Assembly (NCBI GenBank): GCA_051362555.1
Contig: CM120644.1
Location: 10,052,954 to 10,116,953, forward strand
Source of the DNA: Lingula anatina
Lineage: Eukaryota > Animalia > Brachiopoda
DNA length: 64,000 nt
Direction: 5' to 3'
Notes under the pieces: generated by a model
Told to the model about the DNA's origin: nothing
The model's input: only the letters and a program-made list of their open reading frames with translations
Database searches by the model: none
Position numbers and translations under genes: made by a program
Part shown: in pieces, positions 1-12,840 of the stretch
Position numbering within the stretch: position 1 is the stretch's first letter
Layout: each line of letters opens with the position of its first letter

Positions 1-254
1 TTATTACAGGGATACCAGTGGGAGATATTTGAGCTTAGGAGACAAATGTCAGTGTTATTTGGCAGGACTTTAATCCATTTACGATCCAAGATGTCCGTTT
101 TCGTTCCTTGAAATGTACACTTCAGAGTGGCCGTTTCTCCCGTTGTTAAACCTAAGGTGGAATATATATAGAGACATAATATGGAATATCGTACGTGAAG
201 TACGCATACAGCCATATAACAGCTAGCAGATCCACCAGCCAAATAGGCTCAGCC

Positions 255-423
255 CAGGGGCGGATCCAGAGATATTTTCTGACAGGCGTCCGAATTATCT
301 TTATTGATCCATGCTCCACTTTTGACCGTCTTCCGACAGAAAAAAAAGAGATATCTGTCAATGTAAACTTGAAAATCTGACCGACTTCTGGAAGACCCAA
401 AAGACGGCCTAAATCCGCCCCTG
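255..423. mobile_element. hAT-like MITE (CAGGGGCGGAT termini)
   Basis: TIRs CAGGGGCGGAT...ATCCGCCCCTG; 8-bp near-perfect TSD GCTCAGCC/GTTCAGCC. Related copies at 19061-19194 (inverted) and 46683-46736 (partial). Confidence 0.75.
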
Positions 424-1175
424 GTTCAGCCTCTAGGTCCTGCTTACGTCTCCTATACTCCTTCTTACACATTCATCCATATCTATCAAAGTGACCAAAT
501 TAGAACAGTGTATACATAAATAAATGAATAGGCTAAATTAAAATGTGGGCGTGAGATAACAATTGCGGTCTATACAGGTCTTCGTGCAATGTTCAAGCCC
601 AGTGGAGTGGCACAACTCATTGACGGTGCCCCCCCCCCTCCCCCACTCACCTGACACACAGATTTAGATGTACTCCCTTCTCCCCTACCCTTCCCCTTGA
701 ATGTTTGTCCACGCCACGCCCCCTTCCCTCCAGTGTCCACCACTGCATTGATCATGGTCCTTATAATATGTCTGTCCCTATACAACACTTGTTAACTTCT
801 TGTAGGTATATGTAATGTCCAATGCTTGGTGGGCTTGAATGAAGTATTAATGTTGATTTATCTTAAAAACCAATTTGGCCTCGTTATTTGAAGAATTATT
901 GCCATACTTAATTAAGTGAGGGCTTATTTGACAGGCTTATTTACAGAACACGATTTATGTACCTATATAATCGTTAATCACACTTACCAGATACCGTTTC
1001 TACCAGTAATAATAATGCCAAGACCCGGTTTAGTGATAAAGGCCACATATCACTTTCAGTGTATGTTGTTAGTTTGAAGTCTGTTTGGTCCATTTTGTTT
1101 TTCAAAAACGTTCCTTTGCCCTTCAATCAATGATCCAGTTTACTCTAACAACTAAATTTTATTTACATCGTGTAT

Positions 1176-3345
1176 AGACCTTTTTCATCTTTTCCGGAAA
1201 TACGAAGTGCGCACCACAGGAACCGCGCGCCACAGGGGTCCTGATGGTCCTCTGCTGTTTCCAGCATGGCAATGCTAGGTGTAGATGATATACAAGGTGT
1301 GCATATAAAAAGGTCGTTTGCAGCTTGCACTGCTTTCTGTCAAACTAAAAAGGTGGCTGAAGCACAGAAATGCGTAAACTGTAGGCAAGAAAACAGCTAC
1401 TTGGACGGAGAATCAGTCAATTAAATGTTTTTTTCTCAGTTTAAATACGATGCGCTGTACAACTAGACTTCACCTAAGCGTCCGAGCCTTGGCTGCACTT
1501 TCAATAGTGATGACAAACTAAAGCTTCAGAGTTCTTTTAAATGCCTCCGATAATAAAGATATGCGAAAGAGACTCGTTATTTTTTTATATATATTAAATC
1601 AAAACAGCCAGTAGACTCGTACACAGCTTTCAAGAGTGTGGACAGGTGCGTAGGCCTACGTCTTCACAATATTACATGTATATATGCAAGCTGTGGCGAT
1701 ATCACCTCATTTACCGGCAGAATCAATTCATTGCGATTTTTATGTCTTGTTTGAAGGGTGTCTTAAGAGATTTTTGAAATGATAAAATGAAAAGATTCCC
1801 TGCATTGTTTGACTCGTACCTAAAAGTGACACGCAGATTGTTCGTCGGTGAACTGATTAAATCGTTTGGTACCTGATAAGGCATATCAGGTGTTACTTGT
1901 TCAATTGTTCAGTTAGGGGGCGGCCACAACTACGACCTTTCCTCTGTAATTAAAACCTTCTAATTTATAAGTGTTAAACAGGTGAGACAGGAATTCTCGA
2001 ATCTTTCCCAGACGATAATTAAAGTTTACCGTGTCTTACTCTAGTATATGCACAAAATTTACGACAGGTAAAAAATGTCAGACTTTCGGTCTGACAAGTA
2101 TGAACATTTTCTCAAACTGAAACAAAACCGTCAGGCAAAAACAAAATTATAGCAACAGACCAAATTATTTGATTTTTAAATGTTTTCATGCGTATTTTCA
2201 TCGTTTTCAATCAAAGACAATAAAATCATTCAAATAAAGTGTTTTCCACACATTTCATACTTTTTAACTATCTAAGACAGAGTTAAATATACGTAGGCCT
2301 ACTTTAATACTAAGCATATTTGCATTACTTTAAAAATACTGTACGTTAATTGTTTTATTATTTTTATTATCCGTTTTGTCTTTACCATACATTATGCACG
2401 TGTAGCTTACAGAAAGGCTTCTCTGCATTAAGAATATATGCCCATTGAATTTTCCAATTCTCTTGTCATTGAGTTCAGAAATAAATAACTTTTTATTTTG
2501 CCGGTAACGCGTTCAACAAGGGCCGATGTACATTATTCTTCGTATGTCTCTGTTGATCTTGATAATATGAGCCCCATTTGTACAAATCAGTAATACGTAC
2601 AGGGTGTACGGGACTGGATACATAATAATAAAAATTTTATTAACGTCTCACGTTAAAAAAAAAAAATAGAACCCACCCTACTAAGGGTTATTAGAGACTA
2701 AAACCTGTGTTAGGCCTACATTTAAAATGATCACTTGTCAATAAAACACACACAAAAAGGATATTACATACAAAACTTTTCAAACCTTCTCTTTGTTGTT
2801 ACACAAAAAGTCGTGAAAGTTCTTGAATTTTTTGTAAGTAGAATCCCCGTGTAAAACCTCACAGCTTTTACTTTCTTTTTCCATAATCTCATACTTAAAG
2901 TCTTTTCTTTCTTTTTAGGCCCCTATTCTTCAATTTTTTCTTCAGAACTTTGTTTTTATCGCATTGTTTACCCCCGAGTTCTAGTTCGTTATATCCGTTG
3001 ATTAACTAAGCATTTCTGTTTTTATTAAAGCACCGTTGATCTCCTAATATTATAATTTTTCTTCCCGCCTTCTCGCCTTCGAAATGTTCAGCGCAAACGC
3101 GGTGCCCTGCTTTTAATCCAAACCTGCTATATTTTCCTTTCTTTCTACCATATTTTTCATTCTTACGGGTTTGTTGGGAACTTTTTATACCTCATGTGTC
3201 AATCTCGCTTACTGTTATTGTAGCAGCGGGACAAAAAGCACGTAAACTCAGCCATGGTTTTTAGCACCGCTGTAAGTGTTTCGACATAGCAGGGCTCCCG
3301 TACCCACAATGCAATTTCCATTTCCGGAAAAGATGAAAAAGGTCT
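1176..3345. mobile_element. Internally deleted, decayed ISL2EU/PIF-Harbinger-type DNA transposon
   Basis: Perfect TIR AGACCTTTTTCATCTTTTCCGGAAAT at both ends, flanked by AT/AT. Minus-strand THAP relic from ATG 3255 (MAEFTCFLSRCYNNSKRD*...KKFPTNP...GHRVCAEHFEG). DDE C-terminal relic VERVTGKIKSYLFL at ~2475-2520 (-). SAP-like relic LKRWLKHRNA*TVGKK at ~1335-1395 (+). Many stops and frameshifts. Confidence 0.8.
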
Positions 3346-3704
3346 ATAGCACAATGTGACTTGGGGAATTTCGAAAGTCTATTCAAAGCCCCTGACGTCA
3401 TGGGGTTTTCCTGCTAAGTCGATCCGGATACACTTTATTTGTTTTACTGAATACCTACCGTAGACGAAAGTAGATCAAAAGAGGCATTTACGGTGAAGGT
3501 GGAATTCTGCTCAACACAACAGTATTTGATCAGATGCCGTTCAGATAACAGGGTCTCACCTTATAAAATGATGATGATGATGGGAGGTTTGTTTAAGCCT
3601 TTCTCCCTCCTCTTTTCCCAAAACGTTCTCCCTACCCCCACCCCCCACGTACAGACACACTCAAATACAACCCTGGGACCGCCACTGCAGTTTTTAAGGA
3701 CTTA

Positions 3705-3919
3705 GGGCGTATTCCCGTAGATTTTAGATCGATCTATCCCCGTGGGGAGTCTCATTAGATTACTGTCAGATAATCCGGTTTAAATGTCCGTCCCGCCTAC
3801 TACAAGCTGTAAGGGGGTAATTAACTTTCGTGCCCGCTCGGCTGACAGCTATTTAGCGTGAACCCCCAGGGAGTTAGGTCGATCTAGTTTGGATCGATCT
3901 AATCTCTGGGAATGGGGTC
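3705..3919 (+). mobile_element. Tourist/Harbinger-like MITE, family A (215 bp)
   Basis: Imperfect TIRs (GGGCGTATTCCCGTAGA.../...TCTCTGGGAATGGGGTC), TTA TSD. Near-identical copies at 7171-7385 and 19979-20193. Confidence 0.85.
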
Positions 3920-4751
3920 TTAGCTACCTGTTCCACTTTAACCGTGATAAATTGCTTTTATTTAGGTGTAATCTTGTGTTGAGGAGGCTCATATAGAAAT
4001 AGTAGATGTAGGCCTAGTTCGTTTTATTATTAACCCACTTCTAAATGCATGTTGAATTTGGCATTCTAACGTTTGTCTTATGAGGGAGGGCTTACATGTA
4101 TTTGCTTATTAGTTTATAGATGTAGACGGTGTACATGTACATGTACCAGTACCTGTACGCGATCGGTAAAGTATTAATTATTGGTTAAACAATTTTTCAA
4201 ATAATATTAAATGAATGTTTTGATACATCTAGTTGTTTTAAACTAGGATAAAAATGGAATAGAAATTAGCTCTAATACTGGATCTTACATTTCAAACAGT
4301 GATCACATCTTTCGACCTCATCACAAGACAACTTTTAAAACCTAAGAAAAACGCCTTGTAACCTCCTTTTTAAAACGAAAGTTTAGGTATGAGAGTCATT
4401 TTCAATCCCATCTTTACCTCAGAGTTAACACTGCTTACCGCATATTAGAAGCACTGTCAAGAGCTGATCTGCTAATAAAATAGGAACCAACAGTACATTT
4501 CGTCTCATATTGTTGTCTTTTGTTGTCTTTCGGCAGCTGTTAGTTCAGCTTATATGCAGTGACGCACTATACCACAATACGAAGAGCTGAATACCGGTAG
4601 TATTGCGTCCGGTGTAAATCAATAGGGCCTGTCCCAACTCTAGATAACAGGCCATTTACAAAAATGAAAAATGAGGTCAAAGATATATTCCCGAATTCTA
4701 CTTTTGATGTTAAGCTCCACCTACACAAACAGATTCTCTCTTCGATTGCTT

Positions 4752-4752
<1 letters not shown>

Positions 4753-4799
<47 letters not shown>
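4753..4799. repeat. (AAT)n microsatellite
   Basis: Direct reading; explains the spurious poly-N/I/L ORFs here. Confidence 0.95.
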
Positions 4800-4801
<2 letters not shown>

Positions 4802-5018
4802 ATCAAACAGGGCATTTTTTCACCAGAGGCAGAATTTGTTTTTTCCAAATTCTCATGATTTTTTTTCTAAATTCTCCAATTGAACCATTTTTGGAGGCCG
4901 CATGCATATGAACAGAACGTACAGTACCAGTTGTGACATTACCTATACAATGGAAAGTTTTAATTTTGATATCAGCCCCGTCCCATAACTATTCCAGCTA
5001 TAGCTAGGTTATAGTCGC

Positions 5019-5345
5019 TTATTTCATGAGCATATATGTATGCTAACACACATTTTACACATTCAAAGAATGTGCTTTTATCAATCAGATGACTGTTATA
5101 TCCCAACTGACCCCATGCTGCTCTCGTAAGAGTAGCCAGTTTGTGTGGCTGTACTGGCAAAGGGTGCCGGTGCTTAGCCAATCTGCGAAAGCATCAAACT
5201 TGTCTCCGTTCAAAATGCCGTCCTTGTTGCTGTCTTCGTTGACTAACAAACTCGGAAGTGTATCAAACAGACGAATAATGAAATCGGGTAAATCACATGT
5301 ACAAACTTCGTCTCTTCTTGTCGGTGGTGTGTTGTTACCGCTCAG
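5019..5345 (-). pseudogene. Secreted EF-hand family copy 1 (pseudogene)
   Basis: Reads SGNNTPPTRRDEVCTCDL...DSNKDGILNGDKF..ADWL/frameshift/RHPLPV...WGQLGY...FFECVKCVLA. Start and signal peptide deleted; frameshifts; EF-loop Glu12 replaced by Lys. Confidence 0.8.
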
Positions 5346-5910
5346 AATTAAGTTTTCCTACCTCTATTGGGCACAAGAGATGAAACAGTGATATTTATGT
5401 TTGAAGAACTCATACATACGGGGAACCATTAACTGGTAATAAATAATGTGTTTTTGTAAAACCATTAAGAGGGAATATCTGATGAGAGTGGTAGTCATTA
5501 GCCTTTTCATAACAATGCACTTCTGCATACATTTCTTTATATGGTCTGAACTAGAGTGGGGTGTTATTATCTAAACGCATCTTGGCAATAATCTGTAGCC
5601 AGTTATCCTGCAGATTGCCTAATTTTTATTAATATTAATAATTTTTATTGTTTGCAGGTATACTTTTTTGGAACCTGCACACATATATTTCAGTACTCAT
5701 ATACGTCATATATTAGCAATTGTGCAAACTGGTGATACTTCTGAAATTCTACAATAAAATGTTTTAGAAATATTAAATTTCGTTAGATATTTGAATAATA
5801 CATCAGAAATAGAACCATACAGAAGATACTGTATTTTAATAAGGCAATGAAGGAAACGGAGGACATATGCTCGGGGTTGTTTCGGAGAGGGGTATTTCTT
5901 GAGTTAAACT

Positions 5911-6207
5911 CACTGTCCTGTGCAGCCACATCTTCGTGGCCTGAGATGCCGTATTTGTCATTTTATGACCTGGCCTGCCATGTTCACTGTCCTGTGCAGC
6001 CACATCTTCGTGGCCTGAGATGCCGTATTTGTCATTTTATGACCTGGCCTGCCATGTTCACTGTCCTGTGCAGCCACATCTTCGTGGCCTGAGATGCCGT
6101 ATTTGTCATTTTATGACCTGGCCTGCCATGTTCACTGTCCTGTGCAGCCACATCTTCGTGGCCTGAGAAGCCGTATTTGTCATTTTATGACATGGCCTGC
6201 CATGTTC
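5911..6207. repeat. 74-bp tandem minisatellite x4
   Basis: Unit CACTGTCCTGTGCAGCCACATCTTCGTGGCCTGAGATGCCG...GCCATGTT starts at 5911, 5985, 6059 and 6133; units nearly identical. Confidence 0.95.
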
Positions 6208-7170
6208 TCCAAAAGCCTACCGTGCCTTTTATACATCTTGATCCCCCTCCATTTCACATCACGAGTCTTGTTCAACGCGTCTAAAACTCTTCCTGCATCA
6301 GATATTTACTTACGTTCATGTTTTAAAATGTTACTGATTCTATATCAATTAATGGCACCCTGCATACAGGAGATTCAGATTATGCGACACAGTAATCTAA
6401 ATAATATTACATTATATTATATTATCCCCAGTATACTGCTGAATACTTGATATTCCAGAGGTTATTTAAACGTAACAGTAGTCTTCACTTCTCTCAATAT
6501 GCAAATGTATCTAAAATGTTAAAACCATTAAAAATTACTGGGCGCATAAGAGAAAATCGAGATAAAAAGGAAATGGGAGTTTTGGGTTGATGAAATTGCT
6601 GTTAATAAATTGTTAATTCAGGTAACACAAACCAACAACAAACAGAGAAAAGTTTAGGTATAATGTGATTTCAACACTTCTGCCTCTTTGTCTTTTATAA
6701 TTCGCTAATGGTTCAAGAAGATGAACGACAACAAGATCGGACACTTCGACAGAGCAGAGACTGTTGGCGTAAGAGCTAGGATACATGTAAATTGGCCATT
6801 TACCCCCCCCCCCCCCAAAAAAAAAAAAAAAAAGAAAAAAAAAAGAAAACATTCTTCTGCAAAAAGTCTAAATTTTAATTATTATTTGCCTAACATATTG
6901 TCAGCAACAATCATGTTTAAAATAGTCCCACCCAAGGTCAAATATGATTTCGTTGCATGGGTGAGCTAAAACGGCCTCCTGAATATAACCATCAATATTG
7001 GAATCAATTTAACCACCATTTAGCCTATTGCTACAATTGTGGCACTCGTATGCAGATATGATCAGATCGTACTAGAAGTCAGAGAAACCTATACGATGAA
7101 AAGTTCTCACTATGACATCAGGCACGTCCAAGAACTTTTCCAGGTTAGTCTTTGATTTCATTAAGTATAT

Positions 7171-7385
7171 GACCCCATTCCCAGAGATTAGATCGATCCT
7201 AACTAGATCTACCTAACTCCCTGGGGGTTCACGCTAAATAGCTGTCAGCCGAGCGGGCACGAAAGTTAATTACCCCCTTACAGCTTGTAGTAGGCGGGAC
7301 GGACATTCAAGCCGGATTATCTGACAGTAATCTAGTGAGACTCCCCACGGGGATAGATCGATCTAATATCTATGGGATTACGCCC
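7171..7385 (-). mobile_element. MITE family A copy inserted in the last codons of EF-hand copy 2
   Basis: Reverse complement of 3705-3919; flanked by TAT(AT) duplication; its terminal base creates the TAG ending ORF 7385-7567. Confidence 0.85.
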
Positions 7386-7754
7386 TATATTTCTGCCAAC
7401 ACACATTTATAACATTCAACGAATCTGTCGATTTTAATCAAAGGACTGTCAGATCCCAACTGATCCAATGCTGCCCTCATAAGAAGAACCGCCTCGCCGG
7501 GATGCATAAACAAATTCTCCCGGTTTCTTAACCAATCTGCCAAAGCGTCAATCTCGTCTCTGTTCAAATAACCATCCTCGTTGCTGTCTGTCGTATTGAT
7601 TCAGCATACAGTCATATCAATCCGACCTTCAGAAAGACTAAAATTAGGTTAATCAAACGTACAATTTCCGTCTCCTTATCGGTGGTGAGGTCTTATCTTT
7701 CATAACTAGCGCCGTCTGAACCAACAATATTATTGCCACTGCAGTGCCGAACAT
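7385..7754 (-). pseudogene. Secreted EF-hand family copy 2 (pseudogene)
   Basis: ATG at 7754: MFGTAVAIILLVQTALVMKDKTSPPIRR, then a frameshift and two in-frame stops, EF loop DSNEDGYLNRDE, and C-terminal FVECYKCVLAEI cut by a MITE. Confidence 0.85.
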
Positions 7755-8334
7755 GTTTACCGCCCTTAGATCTAATAGAATTTGACGTGTGTTTTTTAAA
7801 ATATTCTAAAAAATCTCGAATGTATTTTCTGACATTAACGAAGAAAACGAAGATCAATTCTACTTTAAAAAAGACATCACTCATTTTTGGTTACCTATAA
7901 ACAACTGTTAATGATGCAATTTCTATGACAGTTGCAGTAGTACCAGTATGCAGTAATCAGGCCTGAGTGGGGAACAAGAGATGAAACTGTTATATAAATC
8001 TTCAGGTGTGTTTAAGAACTTATCCGTGCGGGCATCCATTAACTGGTTTTAAATCAGGTATTTTTTTTAAATGCACACAAAAGTAGAATATCTGACGCAG
8101 GTTGCAGTTTATGGCGTCGAATAACAACTCGGGGTACGAAAAACAGGTGGGGGATGAAGACGTATGACCATAAACATCTTTAGCGTAGCCCATCCCGACT
8201 GTTTTATTATGTAGATAGCGCGAGTGTAATAGTTTCATGGATTTCGGTGGCTTAAAACTATCGAATGCATCCCATGGGGGAGGGGGGGAGGGAGGGGGAG
8301 ATTGTGTTAGATGTGCTTTTTGTAGGAATTGTAG

Positions 8335-9580
8335 GTAATTCACATGGTAGATCATTCGACCAGTTAACGCATCACAGTGAACAGCCAGGTTTTTGTCACC
8401 AGTGTCATTTACACGAAGTCGGAGGGTGAGTCTTTGAAACTATTTTAGAGACAGTGCAGTGTTAGTCAGAATGTTTGTAATCTCACGTTACTTGGTTTTT
8501 TCTCTTTCTGGAAAGCTAATTAAAATTGCAGATACTAATGAAGATGGATGGGGCACTGCTCGTCATTATCAGGCCAACCAATTTGCAAGCAACTCCGAAG
8601 GTGAAAAAAAGATTTGCTGAAGTATTGGCTTTGAAGCAGCGGAAGCTATGCAAGTCTAAACCAAAAGATTGTCTTGTTCAACTTCTACTTATGGAACAGC
8701 TCCCGTTTTCGGTGCCCAGCCTTGGGCGTGGGGTGGACGCAGTGGGCTTTTCCACGACCAGTTTCAGAGTTAGTCTCAGTCATGCCGACAGCTGCCTTAA
8801 TGAGACCTGCGTATTTGGACTAGGAAAAGGAAGAAGTGGTTCGTGTTTTGTCGGTTGTCCGTCAGAGTCCGCAGAACACATGCATTCCACCAAAAGCGGT
8901 ACAAATACCGGTAGTCTCATGGAAGGATGGTAGTAAATGACAGAACAGTTGTTACCCAGCAACCAAGTCCACGTTGACACCACGTTTTTTCAGTTACTTT
9001 GAACAGTTGCTACCTACAAAAGTGCTTGGTTAGAATTTTCAAATGAAAAGGACAAAGATGGTAGATTGCCCACACTGGGACACATTTTAGATTTTTTAGC
9101 AGAATTGTTCCATAATGGACTTGGTTATAGTGCGACGAATACAGCAAGATCAGCACTTTCTACTTCGGTGTTAATTGATGGGCAGCCCGCTGGCTGTCAT
9201 CCTTTTGTTATTAGATTCATGAAAAGGGTATTTGAGAGGTGGCCTAACTTGCCCCATGTGTTTGGGATGTAGGAGTAGTTCTTAGTTTGCTAGAGACTTG
9301 GCATGCACTGGAACATTTAAGCTTGAAACAACTTACATGGGAATTACGACACCAGTAAACTTTCAGCTCACAGTACACGTGCAGCTGCTGCTAGTAAGGC
9401 AAAATGTAAAGGAGCTCCAAAGGAAAACATCTTAAAAACTGTGAGATGGAGTAACTGTGGTATTTGTAGTACTTTTTATAGTAAAACATTGCTGCAGTAG
9501 ACAATTGTTCTCCTTCGGGTAATAAAATTTCAATCAAACTTCACCCTACAGGTAAGCCTCGTTTGATCTTTAAATTATCC
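8335..9580 (+). mobile_element. Decayed DIRS-like (tyrosine-recombinase) retrotransposon remnant
   Basis: YR N-terminal relic ILDFLAELFHNGLGYSATNTARSALS...HPFVIRFMKRVF...WDVGVVL (9066-9300) and catalytic-region relic FSAHSTRAAAASKA..KGAPKENILKTVRWSN (~9360-9460). Heavily deleted; boundaries approximate. Confidence 0.75.
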
Positions 9581-10272
9581 GTCCATCTCTTGCTATCCGT
9601 TCTACCAGGTGACATTGACCTGATGAACGGATATTCAGATAAGATCTACTGAGGTTCCCTAGAGAAAAATTGATTGATTATGGGGACGAAAATCGAGCAG
9701 CAGAAAATGAAAGATGCATGATGGGGTATGACTTATTATAACTGGCATAAGCATGAGAGAAGTGGCCTCGCCAACACAATAGACTGGGTCTTTGGAATGA
9801 ATGTGATGGATAATAACAACGTTTTATATGTCGTGTAATTTAGTCATAGTTATACGTGTGGCAATATAATTTAAGGACAATAGTGATATAATAATGTGAC
9901 GAGGAGAAAATATGAAGATAAAGCATGATTATTTTACCCTTTTGCCTAAATATGGGATAAATATTTTACCTCGTTCCCTGCTAAAAGAAAAAATCAAGTA
10001 TTGAGAATTAAGTACCAGTAGGTAGCGTTTAAATCTCTTTGTAATTATTTTCTGCATATTCCAATGAAGAGTTGCTGCTGAAATCATACTAACACGTGCT
10101 TTAATTACCACATTATTTTCACCGTCACTCCGTGATTATTTTGTCCCCAGCTGATGCACCAGAAATAGTCCCACCACAGTCGATTATGATAATGTTGCAT
10201 GCGTAAACGAACTCGTCCCCGTAAATATAAACATCGATAATGAATCAATTAAAAGCAAAATAAAGCTGCTGT

Positions 10273-10683
10273 CTACGGTGACACTCGTACACCCATGTAA
10301 TATATTTCTGCTAACAAACATTTGAAACATTGAAAGAATGTGTTGATGTCAATCGAATCAGATCCATATCCCCATAGATACCATATTTGTATTAAAAGAG
10401 AATCCAGTCCGTCGACCTGTTTTGGCCAAAGGTAACGGTTCCGTAACCAGCCTTCGAAAGCAGCAAACTCATCTTCGTTCAAATGGCCGTCCTTGTTTAT
10501 GTCTATGACGTTGAACCAATTTGTTTCTCTACTTCTATGGTCAAACCAACCAGGACATAATGCAGTTGAATAACACGTACAAGCTGCATCTATCCGTCTG
10601 TCATCTATCGACGGTGTGGTCTTACCGCTCATAAATAGTGACGCATGAACCAACATTATTATTGCCACTGTAGTGCCGTTCAT
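10273..10683 (-). CDS. Secreted Cys-containing EF-hand protein, copy 3 (136 aa, intact)
   Basis: Likely start MNGTTVAIIMLVHASLFMSG (by homology with paralogs; just downstream of TTCCAG acceptor). CTC..C motif; canonical EF loop DINKDGHLNEDE; C-terminal CFKC. Confidence 0.8.
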   Translation of the reverse strand: MNGTTVAIIMLVHASLFMSGKTTPSIDDRRIDAACTCYSTALCPGWFDHRSRETNWFNVIDINKDGHLNEDEFAAFEGWLRNRYLWPKQVDGLDSLLIQIWYLWGYGSDSIDINTFFQCFKCLLAEIYYMGVRVSP

Positions 10684-10913
10684 GTTTACGGTAATTGGAT
10701 CTGGAAAATTAACATATGTATTTGAATGTTTAAAATATTCTGAGATACACGCAATAAAACGAGGATTAATTTTACTTTGAAAAACTAAATGCATTTTCAT
10801 TTTTCATTACCTGTATATAAGTCTTGAGGAAGCACTTTATATGACAGGCAGCTGCTGCAGTATGAAGGTTTCAGGCTTTTGTTGGGAACTTGAAATGAAA
10901 CAGTGATGTTTAA

Positions 10914-11127
10914 AGGGAGAACAATTGTTCGTAAGATATCCATTTTTCACAATAAATGCATTGTAAACTACTCATAGAAATATAATAAATTCTATTTTAC
11001 CACCAAAACGGCGGTTAACGCAATTATTCTTGATTTTGTGCTTGCCTTCACATCACGTGACCTCCATAGATGGCTACACTCTCTAATAATTTCTTAAGAG
11101 ATTATTACAAAAAACCAAACTTTTTAG

Positions 11128-11168
<41 letters not shown>

Positions 11169-11280
11169 AGGGACTAACTTTGAATGTGGGAATGGATTCA
11201 TCAACCATTGGTAAGTATGGGAAAATTGTCCTTTATCCCAGGAAAATCCTTTTTTGCCAAAATGAACAGTTGTTATCCCT
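10914..11280. mobile_element. Kolobok-like non-autonomous element
   Basis: TTAA TSD on both sides; TIR AGGGAGAACAATTGTTC / GAACAGTTGTTATCCCT. The empty site matches the paralogous upstream block at ~17810. Confidence 0.75.
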
Positions 11281-11330
11281 TTAATTCTTCAGATAATTGT
11301 GTTTGAAAAACTCGTGCATACGGGAATCCA

Positions 11331-11679
11331 TTTCATGAGACATATTTCTGCTAACACACATTTTATAAAATCAACGAATGTGTTGATATTAATCGAATGA
11401 GCTCCTGATTTAAACAATGCTTCTATGAGGATTGTTGAGCTGTTCCAGCAACGGGTACCGGTTACTTAACCAGTCTGCTAAAGCGGCAAACCCATCTCCA
11501 TTAAGATGGCCGCCCTCTTTGATGTTGAAAAATTGTGAAATTATGTCAATCCAAGCAGGACATGATTCAAGTAAATAACGTGAACAAGCTTTCTCTATTC
11601 TTAATGGTGGTGTGGTGTTACCCCTCATAAATATCGCCGTCTGAACCATCAATATTATTGCCACTGCAGTGCCGTACAT
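11331..11679 (-). pseudogene. Secreted EF-hand family copy 4 (pseudogene, close paralog of copy 6)
   Basis: MYGTAVAIILMVQTAIFMRG...; deletion destroys the EF loop (NIKEGGHLNGDG); 2-bp deletion frameshift near 11430; FIKCVLAEI tail out of frame; upstream region replaced by TE at 11713. Confidence 0.8.
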
Positions 11680-11712
11680 GTTTGCGGTCCTTAGATCTGG
11701 AAGATTTACATA

Positions 11713-12000
11713 GGGGAGAGCGGGGCAAAACGCACCCCTTAAGGAAGAATCCCTCTAGTTTCCACTGTAAAAAAGATATTCGAACCAAAGTGGCACCGAT
11801 ATTGACGTTCTGATATGGGGTTCAGTCTGGAACATTCATTTGTTAATAGTTGCAAAAGAAAAGACACAATGGTTAAAATTAGGAAAAAATTTTTTTGGCC
11901 TTTTTGCCCCATGGGTGGGGCAAAAAGCCTTTTGTCACTGGGCAAAACGCCCATGGTGGGCGTTTTACCCCAAATCCAACAATATCCCTTGTTCTGAATA
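11713..12000. mobile_element. One end of a TA-targeting DNA transposon (GGGGAGAGCGGGGCA terminus)
   Basis: Begins after TA exactly where homology to the copy 6 intron breaks; repeated GGGCAAAACGC subterminal motifs. Other end not found; right boundary approximate. Confidence 0.5.
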
Positions 12001-12569
12001 AACCAAAGATGGTTTTTTCCTAATTTCAGTTATTTCTTCTTTATATTATAACATTTTTTCCATTTTCTGTTTTTTTTAATGTCATGCGTATGTAAGCTCT
12101 TTGCACCGAGAGGAAAGGATTTTCTTAAATTGTTATTTACTTATCATTCAATTTAAAGCTATGAAAACTGGATTTACTTACAAATGAAAATGCAACAAAC
12201 GCAACTTACACCTTTATAGAGCAATAAAAACAATTTACAAATTAATTCCAAGCCTTAAATTGAGGAAAACCTCTTTTGGAATGTTAAACATTACAATTTT
12301 AAAATACAATAACTGCTTCTGGAAATGGAGAGTAGTCCAGACTCAAGAAAAAAAATAACGATTTATGATATTTCTTATTATTTAATATCACACAACATAA
12401 TACGCAAAACACTTTCAATCATTTCAACTTTATCGTTAGCATTGTCCCATTTGCAAAACCTGAACTACTTTTTAATAACGAGGTATATCTTAAAAACACA
12501 GGGGCGGATACAGGATGTTGGTATTTGAGAGAGCAATGGGTGCCATTTGGTACGGTTTAGAACTATGAG

Positions 12570-12840
12570 TCTTCTTTCTTTTTTTATTTGTCATCCTTCT
12601 TATACCCTTTAGGGTGTCGAGGGGAGAAAGAGTTTGAGTTTTCTGTCTTTGGCGAGCTGGAATGCTTGGTTGAATTGGATGTTGTTCGATTGCAAGGTCT
12701 CTCGTACTCCATCTACCCACTTCTTTCTCGGTCTTCCTCTTGCCTTAAAACCGGAGTGTTTCTTTACGTGCACTTTGCTCCCCGGTAGATGTGGGGGCAT
12801 TCGTGCCAGGTGACCGAACCATTTGATAGTCTGTTTTTGA
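12570..12840 (-). mobile_element. RTE-clade LINE 3' fragment
   Basis: WFGHLARMPPH...GFKARGRPRKKWVDGVRETL is the typical RTE ORF C-terminus, followed by an A-rich tail. Confidence 0.7.

Noticed and set aside
4567-4883. Poly-N/I/L ORFs, and similar poly-K, ER, IY and FIYL ORFs elsewhere
   Set aside because: Microsatellite or homopolymer translations.
10684-10800. N-terminal extensions of EF-hand ORFs (also 17595-17675 and 34055-34120)
   Set aside because: They lie between conserved splice donor and acceptor sites, vary in length and start, and are closed in other copies; treated as intron.
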